From assembly GCA_017695015.1 (NCBI GenBank), contig JADIMD010000023.1:8670-72669 (forward strand): a stretch of DNA of 64,000 nt, given 5' to 3'. Both the position numbers and the translations under genes were made by a program. This document shows, in pieces, positions 19,277 to 30,643 of this stretch (position 1 is the first letter of the stretch; the number at the start of each line of letters is the position of its first letter). The DNA is from Candidatus Cryptobacteroides faecigallinarum (GTDB taxonomy: Bacteria > Bacteroidota > Bacteroidia > Bacteroidales > UBA932). The notes under the pieces are model-generated. The model worked only from the letters and a program-made list of their open reading frames with translations, was not told the DNA's origin and did no database searches.

Positions 19277-21142
19277 ATGAAACGACTGATTTTACTGATA
19301 ACCGGGCTGTCACTGCTGCTCATATCCTGCCAGAAGACGGAAGAATCCGTCTCTGTGTCGCCTGCTGTGCCTCAGAATGTCCGTCTTGCGGCTGACAATG
19401 CGAGTGGAGACATCCATACCCTTATTTTCCGTTGGGATGAAGTGTCCGGAGCGGAGAAATACAATGCCCGTCTAGAAGACATGGAGGGCAACCTGCTCGA
19501 AGGAGGGTCCAAGTCCACATCCGAGACGAGAATCGTCTTTTCTGACATAGCTGAAGGTACAGAATGCCTCTTTTCTGTGTGCGCAGTGGCATCAGGTGCC
19601 GAGTCGGAGTATTCGGAATCCTTCCATGTCATAGTAGGGACGACAGAACCAGAACCAGAACCCGAGCCGGAGCCTGAACCTGAACCTGAGCCGGGGCAGG
19701 AACAGAAGAATTATGAAGCTATGATGATTCCTGCAGCGGAGGACGAGCATGTCGAAACCCTCGCATTCCCGGGTGCGGAGGGCGGCGGAATGTATACCAC
19801 AGGAGGGCGCGGAGGACAGATACTCCATGTCACCACCCTCGAAGACACCTACATGCCGGGCTCTCTCCGCTGGGCAGTCAACCAGTCCGGACCGAGGACC
19901 ATAGTCTTCGATGTGGCAGGAATCATTCACCTGAACCAGCAGCTCACTATCCAGAACGGAGACCTCACCATTGCAGGGCAGACAGCCCCGGGAGACGGCA
20001 TATGCATAGCAGACAATACTGTGCATATCGCCGAGGGGGCAGACAATATCATTGTCCGTTTCATCCGCTTCAGGCTCGGGGACAAGGGCAATCTTTCAGA
20101 CGGCTCCGACTCCTTCTGGGGACGCTACTGCAGCGACATCATCATAGACCATTGCTCCATGTCATGGTCGATAGACGAATGCGCATCATTCTACGGCAAC
20201 ATAAATTTCACCATGCAGTGGTGCCTGATCTCGGAAGCTCTGCGCAATTCGGCGCATTCCAAGGGAGAGCACGGCTACGGGGGAATCTGGGGAGGCAAGG
20301 ACGCCTCGTTCCACCACAATCTCCTTGCCCACAATGACAGCCGCAACGCCAGGATAGACCATCCTAATGTCTACAGAGACGATAACATTGAGACCCACAG
20401 GGGAAATGTGGATTACCGCAACAATGTCATCTACAATTACGGCAGTAATTCCACATACGGCGGAGAAGACGGGCACTTCAATATAGTCGGCAACTATTAC
20501 AAGCCGGGACCTGCCTCCAATACATCCAGGAAATATTTCGTGGACGCCTACAATGTGAACGACGGCCAGACCTTCGATTATCCTGCGCTCTACCTTGAAG
20601 ACAATTACCACACTGCAGGAATCAACGAATCGAAATATCCTGATGGGATATACTGGCACAACGGAGGTCCTGCCCCGTTGCTCCAGTCACCGCTCCCGAT
20701 TCTCAATGACGGCAAGGCATGCTACACTACGACCCATCCTGTGCAGGATGTATTCACCCCTGTGACTGAGTATGCAGGCGCCTCTTTAGTCAGGGATGCA
20801 GTCGACATAAGGGTGGCGGGAAATGCCGTCAATGGCGATTACTACAAGCCTGGCAGCAACGGCAGCACCAACGGGCTTATAGACTCCCAGAATGATGTGG
20901 GAGGATGGCCGTCATATTCAGCGACCTCACCGAACGAGGCAAACGACAAGACCGACTCGGATGATGACGGCATTCCTGACTGGTTCGAGGAGCAGTTCGG
21001 GCAGGACGGCAATCTTGACCCGGGTGCGAAGACCATTGACATTCACGGCAGGTATACGGATTTCGAGATGTATCTCCATTATCTTGTAAGGAATGTTGTC
21101 GCCGCGCAGGTGCAGGGAGGCAGCTACACCGCCCTTGATTGA
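19277..21142 (+). CDS. PL1 pectate lyase lipoprotein with FN3-like domain and (EP)8 linker
   Basis: Lipobox LLISC; AFPGAEGGG, IDHCSMSW, RNAR, DSDDDGIPDWFE. Confidence 0.9.
   Translation: MKRLILLITGLSLLLISCQKTEESVSVSPAVPQNVRLAADNASGDIHTLIFRWDEVSGAEKYNARLEDMEGNLLEGGSKSTSETRIVFSDIAEGTECLFSVCAVASGAESEYSESFHVIVGTTEPEPEPEPEPEPEPEPGQEQKNYEAMMIPAAEDEHVETLAFPGAEGGGMYTTGGRGGQILHVTTLEDTYMPGSLRWAVNQSGPRTIVFDVAGIIHLNQQLTIQNGDLTIAGQTAPGDGICIADNTVHIAEGADNIIVRFIRFRLGDKGNLSDGSDSFWGRYCSDIIIDHCSMSWSIDECASFYGNINFTMQWCLISEALRNSAHSKGEHGYGGIWGGKDASFHHNLLAHNDSRNARIDHPNVYRDDNIETHRGNVDYRNNVIYNYGSNSTYGGEDGHFNIVGNYYKPGPASNTSRKYFVDAYNVNDGQTFDYPALYLEDNYHTAGINESKYPDGIYWHNGGPAPLLQSPLPILNDGKACYTTTHPVQDVFTPVTEYAGASLVRDAVDIRVAGNAVNGDYYKPGSNGSTNGLIDSQNDVGGWPSYSATSPNEANDKTDSDDDGIPDWFEEQFGQDGNLDPGAKTIDIHGRYTDFEMYLHYLVRNVVAAQVQGGSYTALD
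19646..19693 (+). repeat. 6 bp-period coding repeat (Glu-Pro)8
   Basis: gaacca gaacca gaaccc gagccg gagcct gaacct gaacct gagccg. Confidence 0.85.
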
Positions 21143-21194
21143 CTGATACTGTTTTGATTGGCTGTTTTATAATTTATTGAAATTCAATTATTTG

Positions 21195-21225
21195 CAAACG
21201 GGCGGCTTCTTTTGTCGCCCGTTTG
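21195..21225. terminator. Intergenic hairpin, probable terminator
   Basis: caaacgggcggc-ttctttt-gtcgcccgtttg. Confidence 0.65.
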
Positions 21226-21280
21226 TTAAAAAATACATGTATTGCGATAATTTTTGACATAAATCTATGTTGCAATGTCC

Positions 21281-21290
21281 TAATTTCGCA
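21281..21290 (+). promoter_or_regulatory. Candidate -7 element for susC
   Basis: TAATTTCGCA, near-consensus, with TTTG at ~21253. Confidence 0.4.
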
Positions 21291-21364
21291 TATTCAATAA
21301 TTGTAAGTAAGGCGTACTGACAATATAATTGATAACAACTAATATTTAACCAAAAAGTTCTTAT

Positions 21365-24300
21365 ATGAAAAATCTGATGTTCAAGATTTCGCTCTTGATT
21401 GCTGGATTTTTCGCCGCTGCCGCAGTAGCGGATGCCCAGCAGATCAAGGGTGTTGTCACAGACAGCAATGGAGATCCTCTCGTAGGAGTTTCCGTTTTTG
21501 TCGACGGCACTACATTAGGAGTATCTACGGATGTGGATGGACAATATACCATCGATATTCCGGACGCCAGGGGCAAGACCCTAGTATTTTCTTGTATCGG
21601 TATGGCGACCAAGGAGATTATCATCGGTCATAATGCCAATATCGACATTACACTTGAGGATGATACCAATTTCCTCGACGAGACGGTGGTGATCGGATAT
21701 GCCACAGTCAGGAGAAGGGACCTCCTCGGTTCTGTGACCTCAGTCAGCTCGGATGCCATTGCAGCAGTTCCTGTGACTACGGTAGGTGAGGCCCTTACGG
21801 GAAAGATGGCAGGAGTGCAGGTGACCACGACAGAAGGTGACCCTGATGCCGAGATCAAGATCCGTGTCCGCGGAACAGGCTCCATCACCCAGGACAGTTC
21901 ACCTCTTTATATCGTGGACGGATTCCCTGTGGAAAGCATTTCCGACATTGCAGCTTCCGACATCCAGTCCATCGATGTCCTCAAGGATGCATTCTCGACA
22001 GCCATCTACGGTTCCCGTGGAGCGAACGGAGTTGTACTCGTGACAACCAAGTCAGGGGGTGCAGGTAAGGTTTCTGTCAGCTATGACGCATACTACGGGC
22101 TCAAGACAATGGCCAACAAGAAAGCCATCCAGCCAATGGATCCGTATGAGTTCGTCCGCTCCCAGTATGAGCTTGCAAGCCTCAAGGATGCTGTAAACGA
22201 GAACTATATCGATGTTTTCGGCCAGTTCCAGGATGTGGACCTCTACCAGAATATGCAGGGCAACGACTGGATACAGCAGGTGTTCGGGCGTACAGGTGAG
22301 ACATTCAACCACAACCTCACTGTTTCAGGGCGTTCTGACAAGGTCACATGGACGGCCAGCTACAACCACATCAATGACAAGGCTATCATGCTCGGGTCGG
22401 ACTACCACAGGGACAACCTCCGTTTCAAGACCCGCTACAAGCCGATCAAGCAGCTCACATTCGACCTGAACATGCGTTATTCCTACACCAAGATCATGGG
22501 TTCAGGCTCCAATTCCATGAACGACACAGGTACGACTTCGGGTAACGGCCGTCTCAAACATGCGGTGCAGTATACCCCGATTCCTCTCGATGTGGCAGCT
22601 TCAGGAGCGGACATGGAAGAGAACTACGGGGACAACGCACCTCCTATCCAGTCTGTGGCTGACAACGACAACAGGCGTATCCGCCAGAGCTGGAACACCA
22701 ATGCCTCAGTCACATGGCATATAATCGACAATCTCGACCTCAAGGTGGAGGGTGGACTCGAAACCTATTCCCAGACCAACGACAGATTCTACGGTATCAC
22801 TACCTATTATGTGGCGAACAATGTTTCGGAGGGTTACGAGAACCAGCCGGCCGCCATCTACACTGCCCTTGACAGGAAGACCATCCGCAACACCAACACC
22901 TTGACATACAACTTCAAGGATGTCATCAAGGACGACAGGCACAAGGTAGACCTCCTCGTTGGAGAGGAGATGATCATCACCAAGGAAAGCCAGTTCTCGT
23001 CCACAGTCGACGGCTTCCCTGACAATTTCACCTCCGAGCAGGCATGGAGCATGATGTCTGTGGGACATGCGGTCACATCCAACAACAGGTACTATCCTGA
23101 CGACCGCCTTCTCTCATTCTTCGGCAGGATCAATTACGACTTCGACGAAAGGTATTCCATCGCTGCGACCCTCCGCGCCGACGGTTCTTCAAGGTTCGCC
23201 AAGGATAAACAGTGGGGAGTCTTCCCTTCAGCAGCGGCTTCCTGGACCATTTCCAACGAATCATGGATGAAAGGTGCTGCAGGCTGGCTCGACAACCTCA
23301 AGCTCCGTTACAGCTTCGGTACTGCAGGTAACAACAACATTCCGCAGAATGTCACTTCCCTGATGTTCGAGTCTTATGACACTGGCGACCGCCTTTCCAA
23401 CGGCACTGTGATTTTCCGCCCTGTGACTGACGGAGGCGACATCATCATGGCCAACGAGGACCTTTCATGGGAGACCACATATTCCCACAACCTCGGTCTC
23501 GACTTCTCGTTCTTCAAAAGCAGGATCAACGGTTCCATCGAAGTTTACCACAACACCACCGAGGACCTTCTGATCCAGTTCCCTACGGCAGGTTCGGGAT
23601 ATGCATTCCAGTACAAGAACATGGGTTCAGTCCTCAACAAGGGAGCAGAACTTTCATTCAACCTCGTGCTGGTGGAGAAAAAGAATTTCGGACTCACATT
23701 CAGCGGTAACATCAGCATCAACCACAATGAAGTCCTGAGCATCGGTACTCTTCCGAGCATCACAGCATCTTCAAGATGGTCTTCTACCGGTATCGGATCC
23801 GACTACATTGTCCAGCAGGGACAGCCTCTCGGCAACATGTACGGCTTCGAGGTGGAAGGTATGTACACCCTCGACGATTTCACCTACAACGAGCAGAAGG
23901 GCACATGGGAGCCTAATCCTGGCGTAGCGGATGCAGCTTCCCGTCTCGGTACTGAAGGCTTCCGTCCTGGAGGAATGAAGATAAAGGACAGGAACAACAA
24001 CGGCACCATAGATGAAGGCGACAAGACAGTCATCGGAAACGCCCTTCCTATAGGCACCGGCGGATTCAGCCTTTCAGGAACCCTCTACGGCATCGACTTC
24101 TCCGCCAACTTCAACTATGTATTCGGAAATGATGTCTACAATGCCAACAAGATAGAATTCACTTCCACCGCATCCAACTACAGGAGAAACCTCCTCAATA
24201 CCATGGACACAGAGAAGAGGTGGACCAACATCGACTGGAGCACAGGTGAACTCGTGACCGACGCAACCCGTCTCGCGCAGATGAATGAAGGAGTGACCAT

Positions 24301-24598
24301 GTGGGCGCCTTTCACCCAGCAGAGGACATTCACCGACTGGGCAGTGGAAGACGGCTCGTTCCTCCGCCTCCAGTCTGCTACCATCGGTTATACCCTTCCG
24401 CAGAAGCTGACTCTGAAGGCAAAGATCCAGAGGCTCCGTTTCTATGTGACCGGTACCAACCTGTTCTGTCTGACCAAATATTCAGGATATGATCCTGAGG
24501 TGGACACCCGCCGTGCAACCCCGCTTACTCCGGGAGTGGACTATTCAGCCTACCCTAAGAGCATAGGATTCGTTGCAGGAGTCAACATCACATTCTGA
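21365..24598 (+). CDS. susC: SusC-like TonB-dependent transporter (pectin PUL)
   Basis: LDETVVIGY, IDVLKDA..TAIYGSRGANGVVLVTTK, EDGSFLRL, C-terminal F. Confidence 0.96.
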   Translation: MKNLMFKISLLIAGFFAAAAVADAQQIKGVVTDSNGDPLVGVSVFVDGTTLGVSTDVDGQYTIDIPDARGKTLVFSCIGMATKEIIIGHNANIDITLEDDTNFLDETVVIGYATVRRRDLLGSVTSVSSDAIAAVPVTTVGEALTGKMAGVQVTTTEGDPDAEIKIRVRGTGSITQDSSPLYIVDGFPVESISDIAASDIQSIDVLKDAFSTAIYGSRGANGVVLVTTKSGGAGKVSVSYDAYYGLKTMANKKAIQPMDPYEFVRSQYELASLKDAVNENYIDVFGQFQDVDLYQNMQGNDWIQQVFGRTGETFNHNLTVSGRSDKVTWTASYNHINDKAIMLGSDYHRDNLRFKTRYKPIKQLTFDLNMRYSYTKIMGSGSNSMNDTGTTSGNGRLKHAVQYTPIPLDVAASGADMEENYGDNAPPIQSVADNDNRRIRQSWNTNASVTWHIIDNLDLKVEGGLETYSQTNDRFYGITTYYVANNVSEGYENQPAAIYTALDRKTIRNTNTLTYNFKDVIKDDRHKVDLLVGEEMIITKESQFSSTVDGFPDNFTSEQAWSMMSVGHAVTSNNRYYPDDRLLSFFGRINYDFDERYSIAATLRADGSSRFAKDKQWGVFPSAAASWTISNESWMKGAAGWLDNLKLRYSFGTAGNNNIPQNVTSLMFESYDTGDRLSNGTVIFRPVTDGGDIIMANEDLSWETTYSHNLGLDFSFFKSRINGSIEVYHNTTEDLLIQFPTAGSGYAFQYKNMGSVLNKGAELSFNLVLVEKKNFGLTFSGNISINHNEVLSIGTLPSITASSRWSSTGIGSDYIVQQGQPLGNMYGFEVEGMYTLDDFTYNEQKGTWEPNPGVADAASRLGTEGFRPGGMKIKDRNNNGTIDEGDKTVIGNALPIGTGGFSLSGTLYGIDFSANFNYVFGNDVYNANKIEFTSTASNYRRNLLNTMDTEKRWTNIDWSTGELVTDATRLAQMNEGVTMWAPFTQQRTFTDWAVEDGSFLRLQSATIGYTLPQKLTLKAKIQRLRFYVTGTNLFCLTKYSGYDPEVDTRRATPLTPGVDYSAYPKSIGFVAGVNITF

Positions 24599-24634
24599 TC
24601 CGCAGTATAACACAATCAAATGATATCAACAGAT

Positions 24635-26565
24635 ATGAAATTATACGGAATATATTCTTTGGTGCAGGAATGCTGGCGGCATTGGCTCTGACTTCCTGCG
24701 AGGACGGTCTTTCCACCTCTTCCCCGTCAATCCTGACGCAGCAGCAGGTGTATTCTGACCCTTCTCTTGCCGAAATGGGAGTGCTCTCCATCTATGAGAC
24801 ACTCACAGTCCAGTACAGCCACAGGGACCGTTATCTCCCTTGGTACGGATTCAATACGGACATCGAATGCTACAACAGCACCACCTATTCAGAAAAGAAT
24901 TCAGGTATTGCTCAATACTATTTCACCACCACCAACACCAACATGGATAACGAGAACGGCAATCCGTACAACTGTCTGGTGATGGGAATCGAAAGGGCGA
25001 ACCTCGCCATCGAGGGACTTGAAACCTATGCCGACATGTCAAATCCTGACATGAGGTATCTCAGGGCCGAGGCATACACCGCAAGGGCATTCCTTTATAC
25101 CGAACTCCTGAAGGCATATGGAGATGTTCCTGCCAGGTTCGAACCTATCTGCGACTCGACCATATACCTCAACAAGAGCAACAGGGACAAGATCTACAAA
25201 CAGCTTCTCAAAGACCTTGAAGGGGTGTTTGATGACCTTCCTTGGCCTAACCAGTCTGTAGCGACGACTACTGTGGACAGGGTGAGCAAGGCATTTGCAA
25301 AAGGTCTGTATGCCCGTCTCTGCCTGATGGCTTCAGGATATGCACCGAGACCTGAAGACGGACAGGAAGGCACAGGAGCAAAAGGCAGGAGCCGTCTGTC
25401 CAATGATCCCGAGCTCCAGAAATCAGTCCTTTACCCTAAGGCCCTTGCCCAGCTCGAAGATGTGATTCTCAATTCAGGACTGTATCTGTATCCTGATTAC
25501 GAGCAGCTTTGGAGAGACTTCAACAATTTCGACCTCCAGGCAGGAAAGGAAGTCATTTTCGTGATACCTTTCGGCAACGGGCGAGGACGCTGGAACTACA
25601 CCTTTGCAGTCCCTGCGACAGCCTACACTGCAGGCAACAACACCCAGAACGACAGGGGCGGTACAGCCGGAGTGGTTCCTACCCTCTATTACAAATATTC
25701 TGAATATGACTCACGCCGCGATGTCAGCTGCGTCAATTACGAATGGGAGCAGGATCTGAACGGCAATGCCATCCAGGTCCCTGCAGGAATGATGAACTGG
25801 TATTTCGGAAAATACAGGTTCGACTGGATGCAGTCCCATCCGTTCAACAACACCAACGACGACGGGGCAAAGCCTGTATACATGAGGTATTCAGACATCC
25901 TGCTCATGGCGGCAGAAATCGCTGCGAGTCCTGAGTCAGGCTCGGAAATGAATCTCGGAGATGCAAGGGAATGGTTCCTTAAAGTGCGCCAGAGGGCATT
26001 CAAAGGATATGAAAGCTATGCAGAGACCGGACTTGACCTCAATTCTTCAGACGGTCTGTTCGATGCAATCGTGGACGAAAGGGCCCTTGAGTTCGTGGGA
26101 GAATTCCTCCGCAAGGCTGACCTCATCCGCTGGGACATGCTTTACGACAAGCTCAACGAGGCCAAGGCTGAAATCCTCGAACTCGGCAACAGGCATGGCG
26201 TATACGCCGACATGGGCCCTGGAATGTGGTACAGGAGAGACGCCAACGGAGTCATCGAGATGTACGGCATCCACCATGGCGAGACCATCACCCAGGATTC
26301 TTCACCTGTAGGCATGGGCACGGGCTGGATCTGCTACACCGATTCTGCAGGAGAACCGTCTGACTATTTCAGCGAGACTTCCACCCAGAACAGGTCGGAT
26401 TCCATGTACTACACCCTCAACAGAGCTGCCGACGAAGACAAGGGTACACCGGCACAGGCAGTGAACCTCACGAAAGAGGATTTCTGGCAGAATGTCTACT
26501 GGCCTATTCCTCAGGGAACTATCGATGACCAGAACGGTGTCCTGAAAAACGACTATAATTATTAG
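24635..26565 (+). CDS. susD: SusD-like lipoprotein; apparent 1-base deletion just after the start codon
   Basis: AEAYTARA, YGDVP, RVSKAFA, MRYSDILLMAAE, ERALEFVGE, DLIRW; intact frame 24670-26565, full signal peptide needs ATG 24635 plus one A. Confidence 0.9.
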
Positions 26566-26587
26566 CGAACAATAAACCGAAAGAACA

Positions 26588-29500
26588 ATGAAAAAAGCTA
26601 TACTTTCAGCCCTCTTTATCCTGACTCTGGCATGGCTGCCTTCAGGCTGCGTCATGATGCCGGAAGTCATCGAGGAGATGCAGCTCGACAGGTGTCTGAC
26701 CCCGACCAACCTGTCCCTGACGGAGGCAGGAGAGTCCGTGACATTCTCATGGACTACCTCCAAGGGCTCCACATCGTATACTATCGAGATATATTCCGAT
26801 CCGGAGAATCCCGATGAATCCACCAAGTATACCAAGGAAGGCATAACGGCGGAAAATATCCCTTATACCTTCCCTGGTCTGGAGAAGGACCTCACCCTTT
26901 ATGCAAGGATCAAGGGAGTCAGCGATGTCATAGGAGATTCCCGCTGGGCTACTTTCAGGTCATTCGAGACATATGCACCGAGACCGTCGGTAGAGAACCT
27001 TGCAGTCGAAGAGAGAACTTCATCTTCAATCGAAGTCTCATGGTCGGCAGCTGAAGACAAGGATGTAAGCGCCATCCGCTATGCCCTTGCCTCCGATCCT
27101 GACTACAAGTCCAACTACGAAGTGAAGGAACTTTCAGAAACTGAAATCGAGGCCGGTGCGGTTACTGTTTCCGGGCTCGAATCTGCCGAGAAATACATTT
27201 TCACAGTGCATTTCGGTAACACCCCTCGCGGTTCCGTGTCAGCATACACGCTACCTGACGTAGACGAGGCTACCACCGCCCATGATTCCGAGGATCTTGT
27301 CCAGTTCCTCAATGACGGGGCGGCAGAGATTTACCTCGCATACTCCGAGACTCCGTATGACCTTGGATTCGCAATAGAAGAGGGCGAGACAGTCCTCCTT
27401 TCTCTCGAAGAGCTCGACCATTCGGTCGCAATCTACGGTCTCGAAAAGGACGGTGAGCCGGGCGTATTCCCTGTCGTATACGGCAATCTCCAGATTGTGG
27501 ACGCGGCAGAAGGCTCTCCTGAAGCCACTGAAGGAATTTCCGTAATTCTCGAAAACATCGCATTCGACGGAGAGAATTACACCACTGCACATGTGATAAG
27601 TGTCGGGAAGAGCCTGAACACACCTCTGAATACCATATCATTCAGGAACTGTACTCTTACCCGCTTCAAGAGAGGCCTGTTTGCTATGAATTCCAATGTC
27701 ACAGTGCCATCGATAGGCAGTCTCCTTTTCGACGATATCGTGGTTTCAGACACTGACGGTAGCGGAGCAGAAATGATAGGTGTGAGGATGCCTACCGCCA
27801 TCGGTACGATTTCCATCACCAACTCCACTTTGACGGACGGTTGCCGTGAAATGCTCAGGGTCGATGACAGCGACGGAAGCTCCCTCTCCAAGCTCATCGT
27901 CAGGAACAATACCTTCAACAATCTCTGCACCCAGAGCGGAGGTGGCCTGTTCTACAGCTGTCCTGATCCGACCACATTCGAGTTCGTGGGAAATATCTTC
28001 CTCAACATGAATGCTGCCAAATACACCAGCACTTCAGTATGGGGCCGTGAAGGACATACCCCTGTCCCTACGGAAATCTCCAGCAACTTCTTCTATAATG
28101 TAGGCGGAAACTTCTTCGAGCCTGCACCTGAGAGTGCGACTGAAAAGGCATTCACCCAGGATCTCGCAATTTCCAACGGTGGTGCTGTCCTCAAGGAAGA
28201 CCCTTGCGCAGAGAGCGTTACAGGCAATTTCCATATCATGGACCAGACAGTCTTTGCAGCTTCTGCAGGAGACCCTCGCTGGCTCGTTGAAGGATATGTC
28301 GAGCCTGTCGAGCCTCTCGACCTTACCCCTGTGACACCTCCGTATTCATGGGATTTCACCGATGCAGAGTCATTCTACAACTCCGCAGACAAGAATATGG
28401 TCCGCGGCAACATCAGGTTCTACATCAGCTCCAATCCTGTGGAATTCGACACTGAAAAAGGTCGCTTCTATTTCACCGCTGCAGGTGAGATGGGTGCAAC
28501 AGAGCCGATGGACTGCGCTATCGGATTCCAGGTTGACAAGCCGGGTTCGCTCGTGGTGTCCGCATCCCCATATCCTGGCTACCAGGAGGCCCACATCACT
28601 GTATCCGTTGACGGAGAACATGTAGGGGCAGTGCCGGTGGATGCAGAAGACTACCAGATATCGCTTGCAAGCGTGGTGGAGGAAGGAAAAGTTTCCACTG
28701 TATATCTCTATGGCTGTGATCCGTTCTACCTCACCGGGCTCGAATATTCGGACTACATCGGGGGCGGTGACACCAAGCTCGCCACACCTGAAAATATCAG
28801 CATCTCGGCGGCTTCTGCTACTGTAGAGTCTTCTGATCCTGTGACTGTCAGCTGGGATGCTGTGGCAAATGCAGGTTCATATGACATCATGTATGGTGAA
28901 GAAGTGTTTGCCAACACCTCAGAGCCGGGCTACAGTATCGTGCCTTCACAGATGGCTGCGTCATATGCTCCTGGACCATACGAGTTCACAGTCGTGGCCA
29001 AACCTCGCGATGATGATGGCATCAGGGAAGCATCAGATCCTTCAGTACCGTTCACATTCGACCTTCTCGAAGTCCTCAAGCCTGTCTCTGTTGCCGGGAC
29101 AACAGTATGGGGAAGCTCCGATTTCGAATGGATGAATAACCTCATAGGCAGCAACGGAAGCAATATCGAGACAGAATGGACATATTATGTGCATAACAAC
29201 CTTATGTACTACAACAACAACAGCATCAGGTTCAATTCTTCCGACGGAAGGTATTACTGGCAGTTCCCTGGCAGCAGCAACAATCCTCCTACAGGAAGAT
29301 ATCTCAGCTTCATTGCCGGAGGCCCGGGCAAGCTTACGGTCATCATGCAGAATGCTTCAAAGCCAGATTCGGAGAAGCCGAGGTATCTGCAGCTTATGAC
29401 AGGCAATGCCGCTCCTGACGGAGTAGTCAATGACCTGCAGTTCGAGGCCACTAGCAATTCCGAGGATCTCGCTGCAGAGTGGGTGCTGAACGACCTTTCT

Positions 29501-30325
29501 GCAGGGGATTACATCACCATCTTCGCCAACCAGGGCATCAGGGTCTACTCCATCACGTGGGAGCCGGGAATGCATGCAGCGGCAGGGCAGCTCGAAACCC
29601 CTAAGGTGACTATAGACCAGCCTGCAGTCCTTGAGGGCACTGAAAGCGTCACGGCATCATGGCAGGCAGTCTCAGGGGCGACATCCTATGATGTCACTGT
29701 AGACGGAGGTTCGCCTGTCAATGTCACCGCAACTGAATACACGGTGCAGCTTTCCGGTCTTTCTCTCGGACAGCACACAGTGTCAGTGGTTGCAAAGGCA
29801 GCAGGTTCGACTGACTCCTATGCCGGTTCGGCTACCTTTGATATCGTTGCGGAAGGCGGTCTTGTCCCTGTCAGCTCCACTGCCCCTACCACATGGGGAG
29901 CAGAAGATTTTGCAACACTCATGGCACAATATGGCAGCGGAGTGAACATCACTGAAGATTTCGTCTACAACAACCTCAAGTTCCTCATGGGAGGCGGAAA
30001 AGGTAAATTCGGTGAAAACAAGAATGCTTCAGGAGTATCGCAGGCAAGATACCAGTTCGGCGGTTCGGGCAGCACTTCAAAGAACTGTCTCCAGTTCATT
30101 GTCCCTGGTCCTGGCACACTGGCTGTAGAATACGAAAGCAGCGGTTCTGTAGTGAGGGAACTCGCAATCTCTGTGGATGATGCTGAACAGACTGTGGCGG
30201 CTCCGGTTGACCCTGTGATAGAGACCGCGACTTTAAGTAATGCTTCATCGGGCTCCGTGATTTCCATCTACAGCAAGGACAGCGGAATCAATATCTTCAG
30301 CGTCACCTGGACACCAGCCCAATAA
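26588..30325 (+). CDS. Large surface glycan-binding lipoprotein (FN3 + beta-helix, DUF4957/DUF5123-like)
   Basis: Lipobox LPSGC, FN3-like repeats, beta-helix segment ending AGDPRW, position after susD. Confidence 0.75.
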   Translation: MKKAILSALFILTLAWLPSGCVMMPEVIEEMQLDRCLTPTNLSLTEAGESVTFSWTTSKGSTSYTIEIYSDPENPDESTKYTKEGITAENIPYTFPGLEKDLTLYARIKGVSDVIGDSRWATFRSFETYAPRPSVENLAVEERTSSSIEVSWSAAEDKDVSAIRYALASDPDYKSNYEVKELSETEIEAGAVTVSGLESAEKYIFTVHFGNTPRGSVSAYTLPDVDEATTAHDSEDLVQFLNDGAAEIYLAYSETPYDLGFAIEEGETVLLSLEELDHSVAIYGLEKDGEPGVFPVVYGNLQIVDAAEGSPEATEGISVILENIAFDGENYTTAHVISVGKSLNTPLNTISFRNCTLTRFKRGLFAMNSNVTVPSIGSLLFDDIVVSDTDGSGAEMIGVRMPTAIGTISITNSTLTDGCREMLRVDDSDGSSLSKLIVRNNTFNNLCTQSGGGLFYSCPDPTTFEFVGNIFLNMNAAKYTSTSVWGREGHTPVPTEISSNFFYNVGGNFFEPAPESATEKAFTQDLAISNGGAVLKEDPCAESVTGNFHIMDQTVFAASAGDPRWLVEGYVEPVEPLDLTPVTPPYSWDFTDAESFYNSADKNMVRGNIRFYISSNPVEFDTEKGRFYFTAAGEMGATEPMDCAIGFQVDKPGSLVVSASPYPGYQEAHITVSVDGEHVGAVPVDAEDYQISLASVVEEGKVSTVYLYGCDPFYLTGLEYSDYIGGGDTKLATPENISISAASATVESSDPVTVSWDAVANAGSYDIMYGEEVFANTSEPGYSIVPSQMAASYAPGPYEFTVVAKPRDDDGIREASDPSVPFTFDLLEVLKPVSVAGTTVWGSSDFEWMNNLIGSNGSNIETEWTYYVHNNLMYYNNNSIRFNSSDGRYYWQFPGSSNNPPTGRYLSFIAGGPGKLTVIMQNASKPDSEKPRYLQLMTGNAAPDGVVNDLQFEATSNSEDLAAEWVLNDLSAGDYITIFANQGIRVYSITWEPGMHAAAGQLETPKVTIDQPAVLEGTESVTASWQAVSGATSYDVTVDGGSPVNVTATEYTVQLSGLSLGQHTVSVVAKAAGSTDSYAGSATFDIVAEGGLVPVSSTAPTTWGAEDFATLMAQYGSGVNITEDFVYNNLKFLMGGGKGKFGENKNASGVSQARYQFGGSGSTSKNCLQFIVPGPGTLAVEYESSGSVVRELAISVDDAEQTVAAPVDPVIETATLSNASSGSVISIYSKDSGINIFSVTWTPAQ

Positions 30326-30361
30326 CAGCTCATTATAACCTGAACTACATATAACTTCATG

Positions 30362-30401
30362 ATGAGGGGACCGGCACACCGCCGATCCCCTCATTTGTCT
30401 T
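30362..30401 (+). terminator. Intrinsic terminator of the PUL
   Basis: atgaggggaccggc-acacc-gccgatcccctcat then ttgtctt. Confidence 0.75.
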
Positions 30402-30487
30402 GTCTGTCATCTTCTGCGGATGTCATCCAGATGTCATTCTGGACCACATGGTTCATGCCTTGCCGGGCTTGATGTTCTCCCGGGGCT

Positions 30488-30616
30488 TCAGATTTTATGG
30501 TTCTTCCAGCGTCCGGAGCGGAGGTAGAGTCCGCACAGGATGAGCATCGCAAGGGCATAGATGTGCTCGGCTGTCCAGCAGACTGCTATGTCTGCCTTGA
30601 GAATGGTGCAGATGAC
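30488..30616 (-). pseudogene. Orphan 3' fragment of the MATE gene (att-like direct repeat)
   Basis: Encodes VICTILKADIAVCWTAEHIYALAMLILCGLYLRSGRWKNHKI*; 117/129 nt identical to 49364-49492 by manual alignment. Confidence 0.93.
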
Positions 30617-30643
30617 TGATGTCCTTTCCTGTAAAAAATCCCG

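Noticed and set aside
18200-20360. DNA similarity between the two PL1 domains
   Set aside because: Explained by conserved protein motifs in paralogs
30405-30443. Three tgtcat motifs after the PUL terminator
   Set aside because: Too short and degenerate to call REP copies
30488-30616. MATE fragment as a DGR template repeat
   Set aside because: Mismatches are not confined to adenines of one copy, are mostly synonymous, and no RT is present
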